Assembly: GCA_030390025.1 (NCBI GenBank)
Contig: CM059431.1
Span: 149,236,001-149,300,000 of the forward strand
Reading direction: 5' to 3'
Source: Squalus acanthias
Lineage: Eukaryota
Length of the DNA stretch: 64,000 nucleotides
Below are positions 25,281-35,377 of the stretch, one piece after another (position 1 is the stretch's first letter; each line of letters starts with the position of its first letter). The position numbers and the translations under genes were made by a program. Under the pieces are notes generated by a model that saw nothing but the letters and a program-made list of their open reading frames with translations, ran no database searches and was not told where the DNA came from.

Positions 25281-25329
25281 CTGTCCTGCTCTCCTTGGTA
25301 GAAATGTTGGCAGCTTGCTGTACACGCTG

Positions 25330-25790
25330 ACAGCTCAGAATTCTACTTGGCAAGGTACTTGAGGGCAAACATTGACTGGGACCGAACCCTACCATCACGC
25401 TGCACCTTCAGTATAGGCTCGCAGCTCAGAATTACCAGTTGGCAAGGTACTGGAGGGCAAACAGTGACTGGGACCGAACCGCACCATCATGCTGCACCTT
25501 CAGTATAGGCTCGCAGCTCAGAATTACCACCTGGCAAGGTACTGGAGGGCAATCAGTGACTGGGACCGATCCCCACCATCGCGCTGTACCTTCAGTATTG
25601 GCTCGCAGATCAGAATTACCACTTGGCAAGGTACTAGATGGCAATCAGTGACTGGCAGCGAATCACACCATCACACAGCACCTTCAGTATAGGCTCGCAG
25701 CTCAGGATTGCCACTTGGCAAGGTACTAGAGGCCAAAACGTGAGTGGGACCGAATCACACCATTACGCAGCACCTTCAGTATAGGCTGGT
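25330..25790. repeat. ~91-bp tandem repeat, 5 copies
   Basis: Repeated cagctcagaattaccacttggcaaggtactggagggcaatcagtgactgggaccga...ccttcagtataggctcg. Confidence 0.92.
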
Positions 25791-25834
25791 ACAATTATAC
25801 ATAAGACATTTCCACTCCAGATAGGAAGAAATAA

Positions 25835-26181
25835 TAACATAAGAAATAGGAGCAGGAGTAGGCCATTCGGCTCTTCAAGCTTACGCCGCCATTCAATAAG
25901 ACCATGGATGATTATCTACCTCACCTGCACTTTCCTGCACTGTCCCCATAGCCCTTGATTCCCTTAATATCCAAAAATCTATCGGTCTCTATCTTAAATA
26001 TACTCAACGACTGAGCCTCCACCGTCCTCTGGGGTAGAGATTTCCAAAGATTCATCACTCTCTGAGTGAAGAAATCCCGCCTGATTTCAGTCCTAAATGG
26101 CCGACCCCTTATTCTGAGACTGTGAGCCCTCGTTCTGGACTCCCCAGCCAGGGAAACATGCTCCCTGCATGTACTCTGTCA
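25835..26181 (-). mobile_element. CR1 3' end
   Basis: aacataagaaataggagcaggagtaggcc tail and adjacent RT C-terminus. Confidence 0.88.
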
Positions 26182-26925
26182 GATAAAGAAGGACCTGCAG
26201 CATGTTTCCAGGAATACCCTATTTTATTGACTTATGCGTGTTAGACAGCAGGATTACTAAAATACACGACCTAGAGCATCCACGGGAGTGCGAACCCGAC
26301 AGTTACTCTGGGATCACTTCTCGTCCGGAACACCACCACTGTGCCTGCTGAAGGTTGTAGGGTCACGGACAGGGGCCTCCAGGAGTGGTCTGTAATAAAG
26401 CTGGGGTTCAGTCTCCTGGCAAATATATAGCAAGGAATCAGAGGAATCCTTATTAAGGAACCGTCTGGGGTTTTACCTGTCAGCGTAGGTGTAGGGGTGA
26501 ATGATTCCTGACTCCCCGAACTGCCTTATATAGAAACCAGTTCAGATCAAGATGGATTCAGTTTACAGGAGAATAGGGAGAAATATCACCCACAATTGAG
26601 GGAGACAAGAGCAGCCATTACAGAAACTAAGAATTCTTTGGCAAAGAAGATGCTGAACTTTGTGGTCATGATAGCAAAAGCGTTTCCAGCTACGTCAGGG
26701 GTCAGAAGACGTTTAAGGATGGTTTCGGGCCACTGATAATCAGTTCAGGACAGATTGAAGCAGATTCCCAGGCTATGGCAGAGCTGTTAAATGACTGTTT
26801 CGCATCAGTCTACAAACTTGTGGGTAATGCTCAGATTCCAGCTGTGGGATGTGCTGTCGACAATAACATCTTAAATATTAAAGTAGAATAGGATTGTCAT
26901 CATGGGTAAAATAGTAATCTGAAAA
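26182..26925 (+). mobile_element. Repeat containing CR1-ORF2-like tether region; homolog of 17836-18360
   Basis: Translates ...KDGFGPLIISSGQIEADSQAMAELLNDCFASV, typical of CR1 ORF2. Confidence 0.65.
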
Positions 26926-29400
26926 TGTCTCCGCATCTGCCTCTCTCTGTGTCACGCCTCATATATCTCGCCCCAGTCTGTCTCGATCCGTCTCTCTCCC
27001 CATCGCTCTATCTCCCCAATGGCTCTGTCATTCTCTCCCTATCTCCCACCATAAGTCTTTCACTGTACTCCCCCCCGCCTGTTTCCATCAGGCTCTCAGC
27101 CTCTGTCATTCCAGCACGGTCTGTCTCCCACTCCAACTCACCCATATTTCTATCTTACACTGTGTCCCGCGCCAATCCTCCCCGTCCGCCCACTACCGTC
27201 TGATTTTCTGTTTGTCTCCCCACAGCTGTCGGCCTGACTGGTGTGTCTCTCCTTCTGGCACCCACCGACTGCCTCTCCCGACTGTCTCCAATGTCGGTCT
27301 CCACCTTCGGTCTCACCTCATTTGTCTCCCCCTGTCTGTTTATTTCTCTGTGCGTCAAATCCGTCTGTGTTTTTCTGTCTCCACGTCTGCCTCCACCCGT
27401 CTGTCTGCCCAATCTGTCGCTCTCTTTGTCACCCACAACCTGTCTAACCCTCGGTTGTCTCCAGCCCTCTCACTCCACATCGGTCTATCTCCCCATATTG
27501 TCTGTCGCTCTCTATCTCCCAACATATGTCTCTCTCTCTATCTCCTTGTTGGTCTCTCTCTATCTCCCACCCTATGTCTCCCTCTGTCCCCCTGTTGGTC
27601 TCGCTCTCTCTCTATCTCCCATCCTATGTCTCTCTCTGTCCACCTGTTGGTCTCTCTCTCTCTATCTCCCACCGTATGTCTCTCTTGCTGTTCCCCTGTT
27701 TGTCTCTCTCTCTCTCCCACTGTATGTCTCTCTCTCTATCTCCCATCTTATGTCTCTGTCTGTCCCCCTGTTGGTCTCTCACTCTTGACTCCCACCGCAT
27801 GTCTCTCTCTCCCCTTGTTCGCCTCTCTCTCTCTGTCTGCACCCGCATGCCTCTCTCTCTCTGTCCCCCTGTTGTTCTCTCTCTGTATCCCCCAGACATT
27901 CTCCTCCCCATCTATCTGTCCGTCGCTCTCTCCTACTCCCCTCACCTGTCCTCCTCGTCTTTCTCCACCCCATCTGTTTCCCTTGTCTGCCTCTCTCTCT
28001 GTCTACCTACAGCTGTTTTCCCGTCTATCGCACTCTCCCTTTTCCTCACCGTCTGTCTCCCTCCCTCTGTGTACACAGTCTGTATCTCCCGTTTCTTTCT
28101 GTCTCTCAGTGTACCTCCCATTTGTCAGCCCCATTTGTCTGCCACCATCTGTCTTCCCCAGTCTGTCTCCTCCATCTCTCTCCTCGTCGATGTGTCTCCC
28201 CCCCACCCGGACTCTCGTTCACTCTCTGTCTCCCACCACATGTATCCCTCTCTCTCTGTCCCCACCCCAGTCCCGCCTTGTCGAACACCCTCTCACTGTC
28301 CCTTCTGGTTTGTCTCCCCCGATCTGTCTCTCCGCTATCTGTCTCTCTCTGTCTGCACCGGACTATCTCCCCTGATCTGTATCACCCCGGCACCCTCATC
28401 TGTCTCTCTCTGTCTCTCCAGGTCTGTCTCCACTGATCTGCCTGCCGCAGTCTGTCACCCCAGTCTGTCTCCCTGCGTCTGTCTCTCTCTGTCTTCTTCG
28501 GTCTGCCTCCCCCGGTCATCCTCTCTCTTTCTCCCCCGGTCATCCTCTCTCTGTCTCCCCCGGTCTGTCTCCACTGGTCTGTCTCTGTCTGTCACACCCT
28601 CGCCTGTCTGCCCTGACTGTGTCACGCCGTCTTTGCCCCCACCACACCTTCTGCTCCGTCTGTCTCTCACCATATGTCTTCCCCATCTGTCTGTGTGTCC
28701 CTCTGTTTCCCCTGGTCTGTCTCTCTCTGTCATCTCCTCGCCTGTCTGCCCCCACTTTGTCACGCTGTCTTTCTCCCCACCCCCACCTTCCTCAACATTT
28801 ATCTCACCCCGTCTTAACCCCCTCCCCGTCTGTATCCACTTGCCCATCGATCCAGTCTGCCTCACCCCGTCTGTCTCCCCTGGTCTGTCTGCCCCCGTCT
28901 GTCTCCTGCGCTCTGTCTCCCCCAGTCTCACTCCTTCTGTCACCCCCTTGCCTTTCTTCCCTGACTTTGTCATGCCGTTTTTCTCTCCTCCAACTTCCTC
29001 TCTGTCTGTCTCGCACCGTCTGCCACCCCCCCCCCCCGCCCCCCCCCACCGCCCCCCGTCTCTCTGTCTCTCTCTCGGTCTCCCCTGGTCTGTCTCTCTC
29101 TGTCACGCATTTACCTGTCTGCCCCGACTGTGTCATGCTGTCTTTCTACAACCCCACCTTTTTCAAGGTCTGACACCGCACATCTGTCACCCCGTCTGTC
29201 TCCACCCATCTGTCTCCCCCGGTCTATCTCCGCTGGTCTGAACCCACCCAAACCCCCACCCCACAGTCTGTCTTCCCCGGTATTTATCCCCCGGTCTGTA
29301 TCGCCCGAAATATCTCCCCCAGTCTGGCACCCCCGGTCTTTCTCCCCCGGACTGTCTCCCTGTCTGGCTTTCTCTGGCCGGCCATATTTCTCCTCCGTTA
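26926..29400. repeat. ~2.4-kb CT-rich low-complexity tract
   Basis: Degenerate tctgtctc/ctctctc repeats, strongly pyrimidine-biased on the + strand. Confidence 0.92.
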
Positions 29401-29933
29401 TTCTTCTGACGGGCATCCTCCTCTCCAGTTCGGGCTGCTTTCCATTGCCGCCCGATGCTACGGTAAACGGGCCACCTGCTGCCGGCGCTCCAGATTCATG
29501 CGTAACGCCGCCACTCCCCGGCCTCGCTTCTGGGAAAAGGGAAACCTCAATGGCGGCAACCGAACCGCGGGAGAAGGCCAGAGAGAGCGAGAGAGAGCCA
29601 CCATTTTGTTCGGGGCGTCAGGGCCGCCATATTTATGCGCAGCGTCTGAGCCGCCATCTTTGTTAGTGGCGACAGAACCGCCATCTTTTGCGTACAGCAG
29701 GTGCCGCCATCGTTGTGAGGGGCGCCGCGGCAACCATCTTTCTTCGGGGCGCCAGAGCCGCCATTTTCCAGCGGGGCGTCTGATACGCCAACTTTGTTAG
29801 GGGCGCCCGTGCCGCTTTCTTCGTGCGGGGCGCCGTAGCCGCCATCTTTGTGCGCAGCGCCGGGGCCGCAATCTTTGTGACGGGCGCCGGGGCCGCCAAC
29901 TTTGTGCGGGGCGCCGGGGCCACAATATTTGTT

Positions 29934-30312
29934 AGCAAAATACTGCGGATGCTGGAAATCCGAAATAACAGCTGGAAAAAGCAGGAACTGAAATAGATTT
30001 AAAGCAAGGATAAAGCTGGGGAAAGGGGGAGGGGATGAAATAACAAAAGGAGATATTAAGAGACATTGAGAAACATTAAGAGATGATCAAGGCAAGAGGA
30101 GGTGTTAATGTGACAGGTTGAGGCTAAAAAAAGTGTGAAATGCACTGGCAGAATGAAGCACAGCTGCCAGATTTATCCTGGCTTTAAATCTATTTCATTT
30201 CCTGCTTTTTCCAGTTCTGACGAAAGCTCTTCGTCCTGAAACGTTAACTAAGTCTCTCTCTCCACGGATGCTGCCCGGCCTGCTGAGTTTTTCCAGCGTT
30301 TTCTGTTGTTAT
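29934..30312. mobile_element. Penelope-like terminal repeats in inverted arrangement
   Basis: 29969-30020 is the inverted copy of 30167-30216; 30217-30310 matches the Penelope terminus at 34070-34160. Confidence 0.75.
30211..30250 (+). ncRNA. Minimal type I hammerhead ribozyme motif (degenerate stem II)
   Basis: agtt-CTGACGA-aagctcttcgtcct-GAAA-cgtta-act within a Penelope terminus. Confidence 0.5.
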
Positions 30313-30432
30313 GCCGCAATATTTGTGACGGGCGCCTGGGCTGCCAACTTTGTTATGTGAATTTCCGGGGTGACCGGCTCGCCACAATATCAGGCCCAGG
30401 GAGCTCTCAGGCTGCAAAGTCTCCGCTTCACA

Positions 30433-31334
30433 TCATCCTTTAATGAATTTTACAATAAGAGTGTAGGGATATTTGCCCACATTCTTCAACTGCTCTCTGA
30501 ACTTAGTCTGTGTCACGGCATAAATCCCAGTGTTTGTGCAGCAACTCAGCATCTGCAACATCAACCCCAATTCCCGTACATAACCAGGTGCATAAACAGA
30601 CATAGATCCCAAATCCGTCATCCGGCTCAATATATAATATATCCTAAACACTGCCCATAACCGGATGAAATTGCCGGAGATAACAAGCAGTAAAAAGATG
30701 GATTTCTTGTGGTTCTCCATCTCTGGGTCTCTGGGACTCTCCCCACTTCTGGGACCCCGGAGTCTCCTGCGGGCTCTGCTGGACAATAAAATGCGTCTGT
30801 CGGTGACAGCATTGAGCAGCAGAATCACGACAAATGGAACCCCCGGGGTGAGAATATAATGAAGGAGCTCGATTGTTCCCTCGGCCAATGAAAACAGAAC
30901 ATCCATTGTTAACTCACAAAACCAGGGGAGGTTCGCAAGCGAATACCGATCTGTGAACATAAAATACCAGAAAATGTTCTTTAAACCGCTCAGCACAGTC
31001 ACTGTTCCCAGAACCACAGCCGCCGTTTTTTAGGTGCAATATGTAGTTTTCAGCTTCTGGTGACAAATGGCCACAAATCGATCAAAGGTGAAAGTGGCGG
31101 TGAACCAGAGAGAACAGTCTGTGGCTGCATAAAGCAGGACGGCGTGGATATTACAAACGGGGATGGACTCCACGAAACGAAACTGCTCCCCAAATACAAT
31201 CAGAATCTGCCTCAAAATCAGATCGAGGACAAGGACCAGTACATCCGACACTGCCATGACCACCAGATAACGAGTGACACATTTGGAGAGACCGCAATTT
31301 CCCCGAGACAGGATCACAATCGTCACTATGTTCA
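30433..31334 (-). pseudogene. Class A GPCR (GPR139/GPR142-like), main coding exon with nonsense codon
   Basis: Acceptor ttcctcacag| at 31335-31344. NIVTIVILSRGNCGLSKCVTRYLVVMAVSD, TFDRFVAIC, YCT*KTAAVVL (TAA at 31030-31032, in frame), SCCTNTGIYAVTQTKFREQL. Confidence 0.9.
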
Positions 31335-32654
31335 CTGTGAGGAAGGGAAATAAACAAGGAATGTATACATCAGGCAATATTTAGAGCAAGAGAAGCAGAT
31401 TGAAGGAATTCTGTGAGAAATCTGCAACTCATGAGCGACATTCAATTATATAATCTAATTCTATTAGCCCGTGGAGTTGAATACAGGGTTTATTGTAAGA
31501 ATAATCGGAAATATATTGTGGAATTAAGAAATGAAACGGGGATAAATATAACATGAAAGTAACAGATGTTTGATCAATGAGAGATTAAATGGTAGATCTA
31601 CCTTTAGCCCAGCAGACAAAAGCACCTCCCGAGGTACCAGTGACAGAAAGGTCCAGAACCTCGGAGGAAGACTTCGTGTCCCGGGATCAGTCAGCATTTG
31701 GAGCGGTGCAATTCGCTTCACTGCCCCTGTGTTTGGGAGGGGAAATCCCACTTGGATTCCTGCTCCTGGTTAGAATATCCATTATATTTAGAACTGAAAA
31801 TAAATGCAACGTCAAAATACAGTAACTGCAATCTTGGTCTGCAATAATTACATGCAATTGTATTTAAAATGTACGACTGTAATATGCAAGTGCTAAGATA
31901 ATTAATACAAGGGCACTGTAATTATAAAGATAACTGGGCTGTAAGAAATGTTTTGACGATTGAGTTTTTTATAGTTTTGTTGAAAGACTCAAATTGTGGC
32001 TCATTGAAAGGAAGATTTTCCAAATAACATTGCAATGAATGGATTCTGAATTAAAATAAATAGTTATCATTGACCAGGTAATATCCCACTAAATGCATTT
32101 ATTAGCATCGTCACCAATCAACTTATCCCTCAGGCAAAGTGCCGCCGAATGCTTTCGTAAAGTATCTGAACACAAATGGAAGAGATTTATCCTTGTATTT
32201 TTCACCTGTTGCTTTCCAACTTGTACAGACAATATTAGTCGAGCAAATATGAAAGGATTTTCTTATCCTCAGTACTTCAGTTACCATCAGCTGGGATTGT
32301 TTATCCTGCAGTAAAGCAGGAGGCGATAGAAAATCATGGTGGGTCTAACGGAGAGATGCACTGTACTGTGACAGACAGGCACGGGACCCACTTGTAAATT
32401 CAAAACAAAGATTGGTAATAAACGCATTGAAATATGGCTGACTGAACGTTTTTCGAGAAGTTAAAATATCCGTGTAATCCTATTCTTACCATCAGAAGCA
32501 GTATCACTAATGTAGAACTGGAGATGGTGGGAAACGAGACACTGACTGGAACTCAATGATTCGCGGATATTTCAGACATTTAAAGATAAGTTTGTGATCT
32601 GCCAGAATTTGTTCCTGTGAATCTGTGTGAGTAACCGTACCGACCATTCGGTGA

Positions 32655-32790
32655 AAACAAAAGCAAATTACTGCGGATGCTGGAAATCTAAAATAGAGCA
32701 GGACATGTTTTAAATGCTCAGCAGGTCACGCAGCATCTGTGGAGAGAGAGAGAGTTAAGGTTTCAGGTCGATGACCTTTCGCCATGAGGT
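32655..32790 (-). mobile_element. Penelope-like terminal fragment
   Basis: gcaaattactgcggatgctggaaatc...gcagcatctgtggagagagagagagttaaggtttcaggtcgatgacctttcg. Confidence 0.7.
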
Positions 32791-33384
32791 GAAAAGTCTC
32801 CTCAACCAAGACAACATTCTTCTGATCTGTTACAAATGTTCAGTGTAGAGAACAGAACGAAATTCGTTAAGCAACGAATCTCGTCCAATATCTTTTCTTG
32901 AGTGTAATATACAACAATTGAATCTTGGTAACACTATTACCTTCAGAATCAACAGCCGACAGAAGTGCGCATGGGATGGAGAATGACAAGGAGATAAATA
33001 CAGTTAAAACGATTTACAGAGTTAATAGCGGGATACAGATACTTAACAGGGACACCAACAGTAGCGAGAGGGAGTGGGGGGAGTAAATGACGAGCACAGT
33101 AATACAGTTAAACATGATTTATATAATTAATAGCTGGATACAGAGACTTACCAAGAACACCAACTTAAGCGAGGATGTGCCAGTCTTTTTAAACAACAAT
33201 TCTTGCATCAACAAAGATTCAACAACTTGAAAGACAGAATACCATTAATAACTGAGTATGCCACGGTAAATAGCAAGAATAATATTTCAGTTTAACATGG
33301 TTTATAGAGTTAATAACTGGACATAGACATTTACAAGGAACACTAACAGCAGCAAGAAGGGGATAGTAAATGTTTTGTAAATCC

Positions 33385-34161
33385 TCCCCTCCCCTTTCAA
33401 CATTCCGAAGGAACCGCTCCCTCCACAACACCCTGGTCCACTCCTCATTCACCCCAACATACCCTCCCCTCCCCACGGCACCTTCGCTTGCAAGCACAGG
33501 AGATGAACCACCTGCACTTTTACCTCCTCCCTTCCCACTGTCCAGGGCCTGAAATACTCCTTCCAGCTGAAACAGCAATTTACTTGTACTTCCTGCAATT
33601 TAGTATACTGTATTCGCTGCTCAGGATGCGGTGTCCTCTACACTGGGGAGACCAAAAGCAGATTGGGTGATTGCTTTGCGGAAAACTTATGTTCAGTCGG
33701 TAAGTTTGACACCGAGCCACCGGTCCCCTGTGATTTAATTCTCTGCACACCTCCCACTCTGACGTCTCTGTCCTCGGCGTCTTACAGTGTTCCAATGAAG
33801 CTCAATTTAAGATCGAGGAACAGCACTTTATCTTTCTATTAGGCACTTTACAGCCTCATGGACTCAACATTGAATTCCGCAATTTCGGACGATAGCATCC
33901 GTCCCTGTGTGTTTCAGGCGGCTGCTGTTCATGTTTCTCCCAGCCACTTCTGCAACATTTATCCAATCCTGCATTCCACCCTATCACCTTATTCTTTCAT
34001 TCAAACCTCCTCAATTTCCCTGCCCCTGTACCTGCTTAAAATCTGTTGCAACACTAACACTTTTCAGTTCTGACGAATTGTCACAGACCTGAAACGTTAA
34101 CTCTTTCTCACTCCACGGATGCTGCCTGACCTGCTGACTGTTTTCAACATTTACTGTTGCT
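33385..34161 (+). mobile_element. Penelope-like element, 5'-truncated, with GIY-YIG endonuclease remnant and terminal repeat
   Basis: FRRNRSLHNTLVHS, then FTCTSCNLVYCIRCSGCGVLYTGETKSRLGDCFAEN from ~33578. atcc is duplicated at both junctions. Confidence 0.88.
34064..34103 (+). ncRNA. Minimal type I hammerhead ribozyme motif
   Basis: agtt-CTGACGA-attgtc-aca-gacct-GAAA-cgtta-act. Confidence 0.55.
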
Positions 34162-34504
34162 ATCCCAATGTATTCTTGTTGACTGCCACTGTCCAAGAAT
34201 ACATTCCATAGAGATCATCGAACCCACTTCATCCCTTCTGTGAGAGGCTGGTGGCCTTTGTGCTGGATGCAATGCGCTGATTGTGTGAGGTCACACAGTG
34301 TTGGGATCTCCATAATTAGAGCAGAGTGAAATCCCCGAGTTACATCATTAGGCCTCACTGCAGCTGGCATTAATTGCAGTCATTGAACAAACAGACTCAT
34401 TGATCCATTGTCACCAAAACACTTCACTACAACACAATCTAGCTCACCTTATTGTGCACAGCGTTAAATTAAAAGTGAGCGTATGCACAATAATTCACTC
34501 TTTC

Positions 34505-34985
34505 TCTGTCCAGGAATTTCTTTACCAGGATCGCCGAGATTAAACTGCTCCCACTTCAGTCGTGGTAATTAATTCCCTGGGCCGCTAAGATTACACTGTT
34601 CCCGTCTGAAATGGAACTTCATTCCCATGACCGACTAGATAACACTATCGTTGACTCAGTCCAGGAACGTTAATCGCAGGGCCGCCGAGGTAACACTGCT
34701 TCCGCCTCAGTCCAGGAACTTCATTCCGAGATCAGCCTAGATTACACTGCTTCCACCTCAGTCCAGGAACTTCATTCACAGTGCCGCCTAGATTACACTG
34801 CTCCCGCCTCACTCCAGAAAGTTAATTCCTACGGCGGCCTAGATAACATTGCTCCGACCGCATTACAGGAATTTCATTCCCAGAGTCGCCTAGATAACAC
34901 TGCTCCCACCGCAGTCCAGGAATTTAATTTCCAGAGCAGCCAAGGTTACATGTTCCCGCCTTAGTCCAGCAAGTTGATTCCCAGT
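34505..34985. repeat. ~51-bp tandem repeat, ~9 copies
   Basis: Repeated agtccaggaacttcattcccagagccgcctagattacactgctcccgcctc. Confidence 0.88.
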
Positions 34986-35377
34986 GCATTCTATTTGCCT
35001 GAATCTGGAACAAGAACTAAAAGGTTGTTCTAATGATTGAACTCAAACAGCCAACTTTGTAATGTCGCTTTAAATAGGGTTGCGAAACTAATAAAACGAG
35101 CAAAAGGTTGACAACAAGGACTCAAAGCAAAACGCTTAAAAAATAATCAATGAGAAAAAAACCCTGTAACCGTCTCAATACTCCATGAAACTCTCTGGAA
35201 ATATTGAATTATCGCACATTCATAGTCACAGAATCATACGTATCAGTCAATATTGCCAACTCCTCCATCACCATCCCAGGGTGTATCCTGTTGCACTTGC
35301 AGGACAGATTCACCATAGGTGGGGGCACAGGTGTATGCAGTCGGCTGGGAGAGGTCACCCGAGTCCTCAACGTTACT

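Larger units (their letters stand above)
29440..30395. promoter_or_regulatory. CpG-rich island with 27-bp tandem array of YY1-type motifs (GCCGCCATNTT)
   Basis: Units start at 29597, 29623, 29650, 29677, 29703, 29730, 29757, 29784, 29811, 29838, 29865, 29892 and 29919, then 30313 and 30340 after an insertion. Regulatory function is inferred. Confidence 0.6.
33335..34218 (-). pseudogene. GPCR coding exon 1, split by a Penelope insertion
   Basis: 34218-34162 reads MISMECILGQWQSTRIHWD and 33380-33335 reads LQNIYYPLLAAVSVP. The phase-1 donor gtaaat at 33334 is compatible with the exon 2 acceptor. Confidence 0.8.

Noticed and set aside
27212..29241. 387-aa and 571-aa ORFs
   Set aside because: They arise from CT-rich low-complexity DNA that lacks stop codons; S/L/P/C-biased with no domain.
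30433..31017. Intact 194-aa GPCR, or assignment of the symbol GPR139
   Set aside because: It is the half downstream of a nonsense codon, and orthology cannot be established without a phylogeny.
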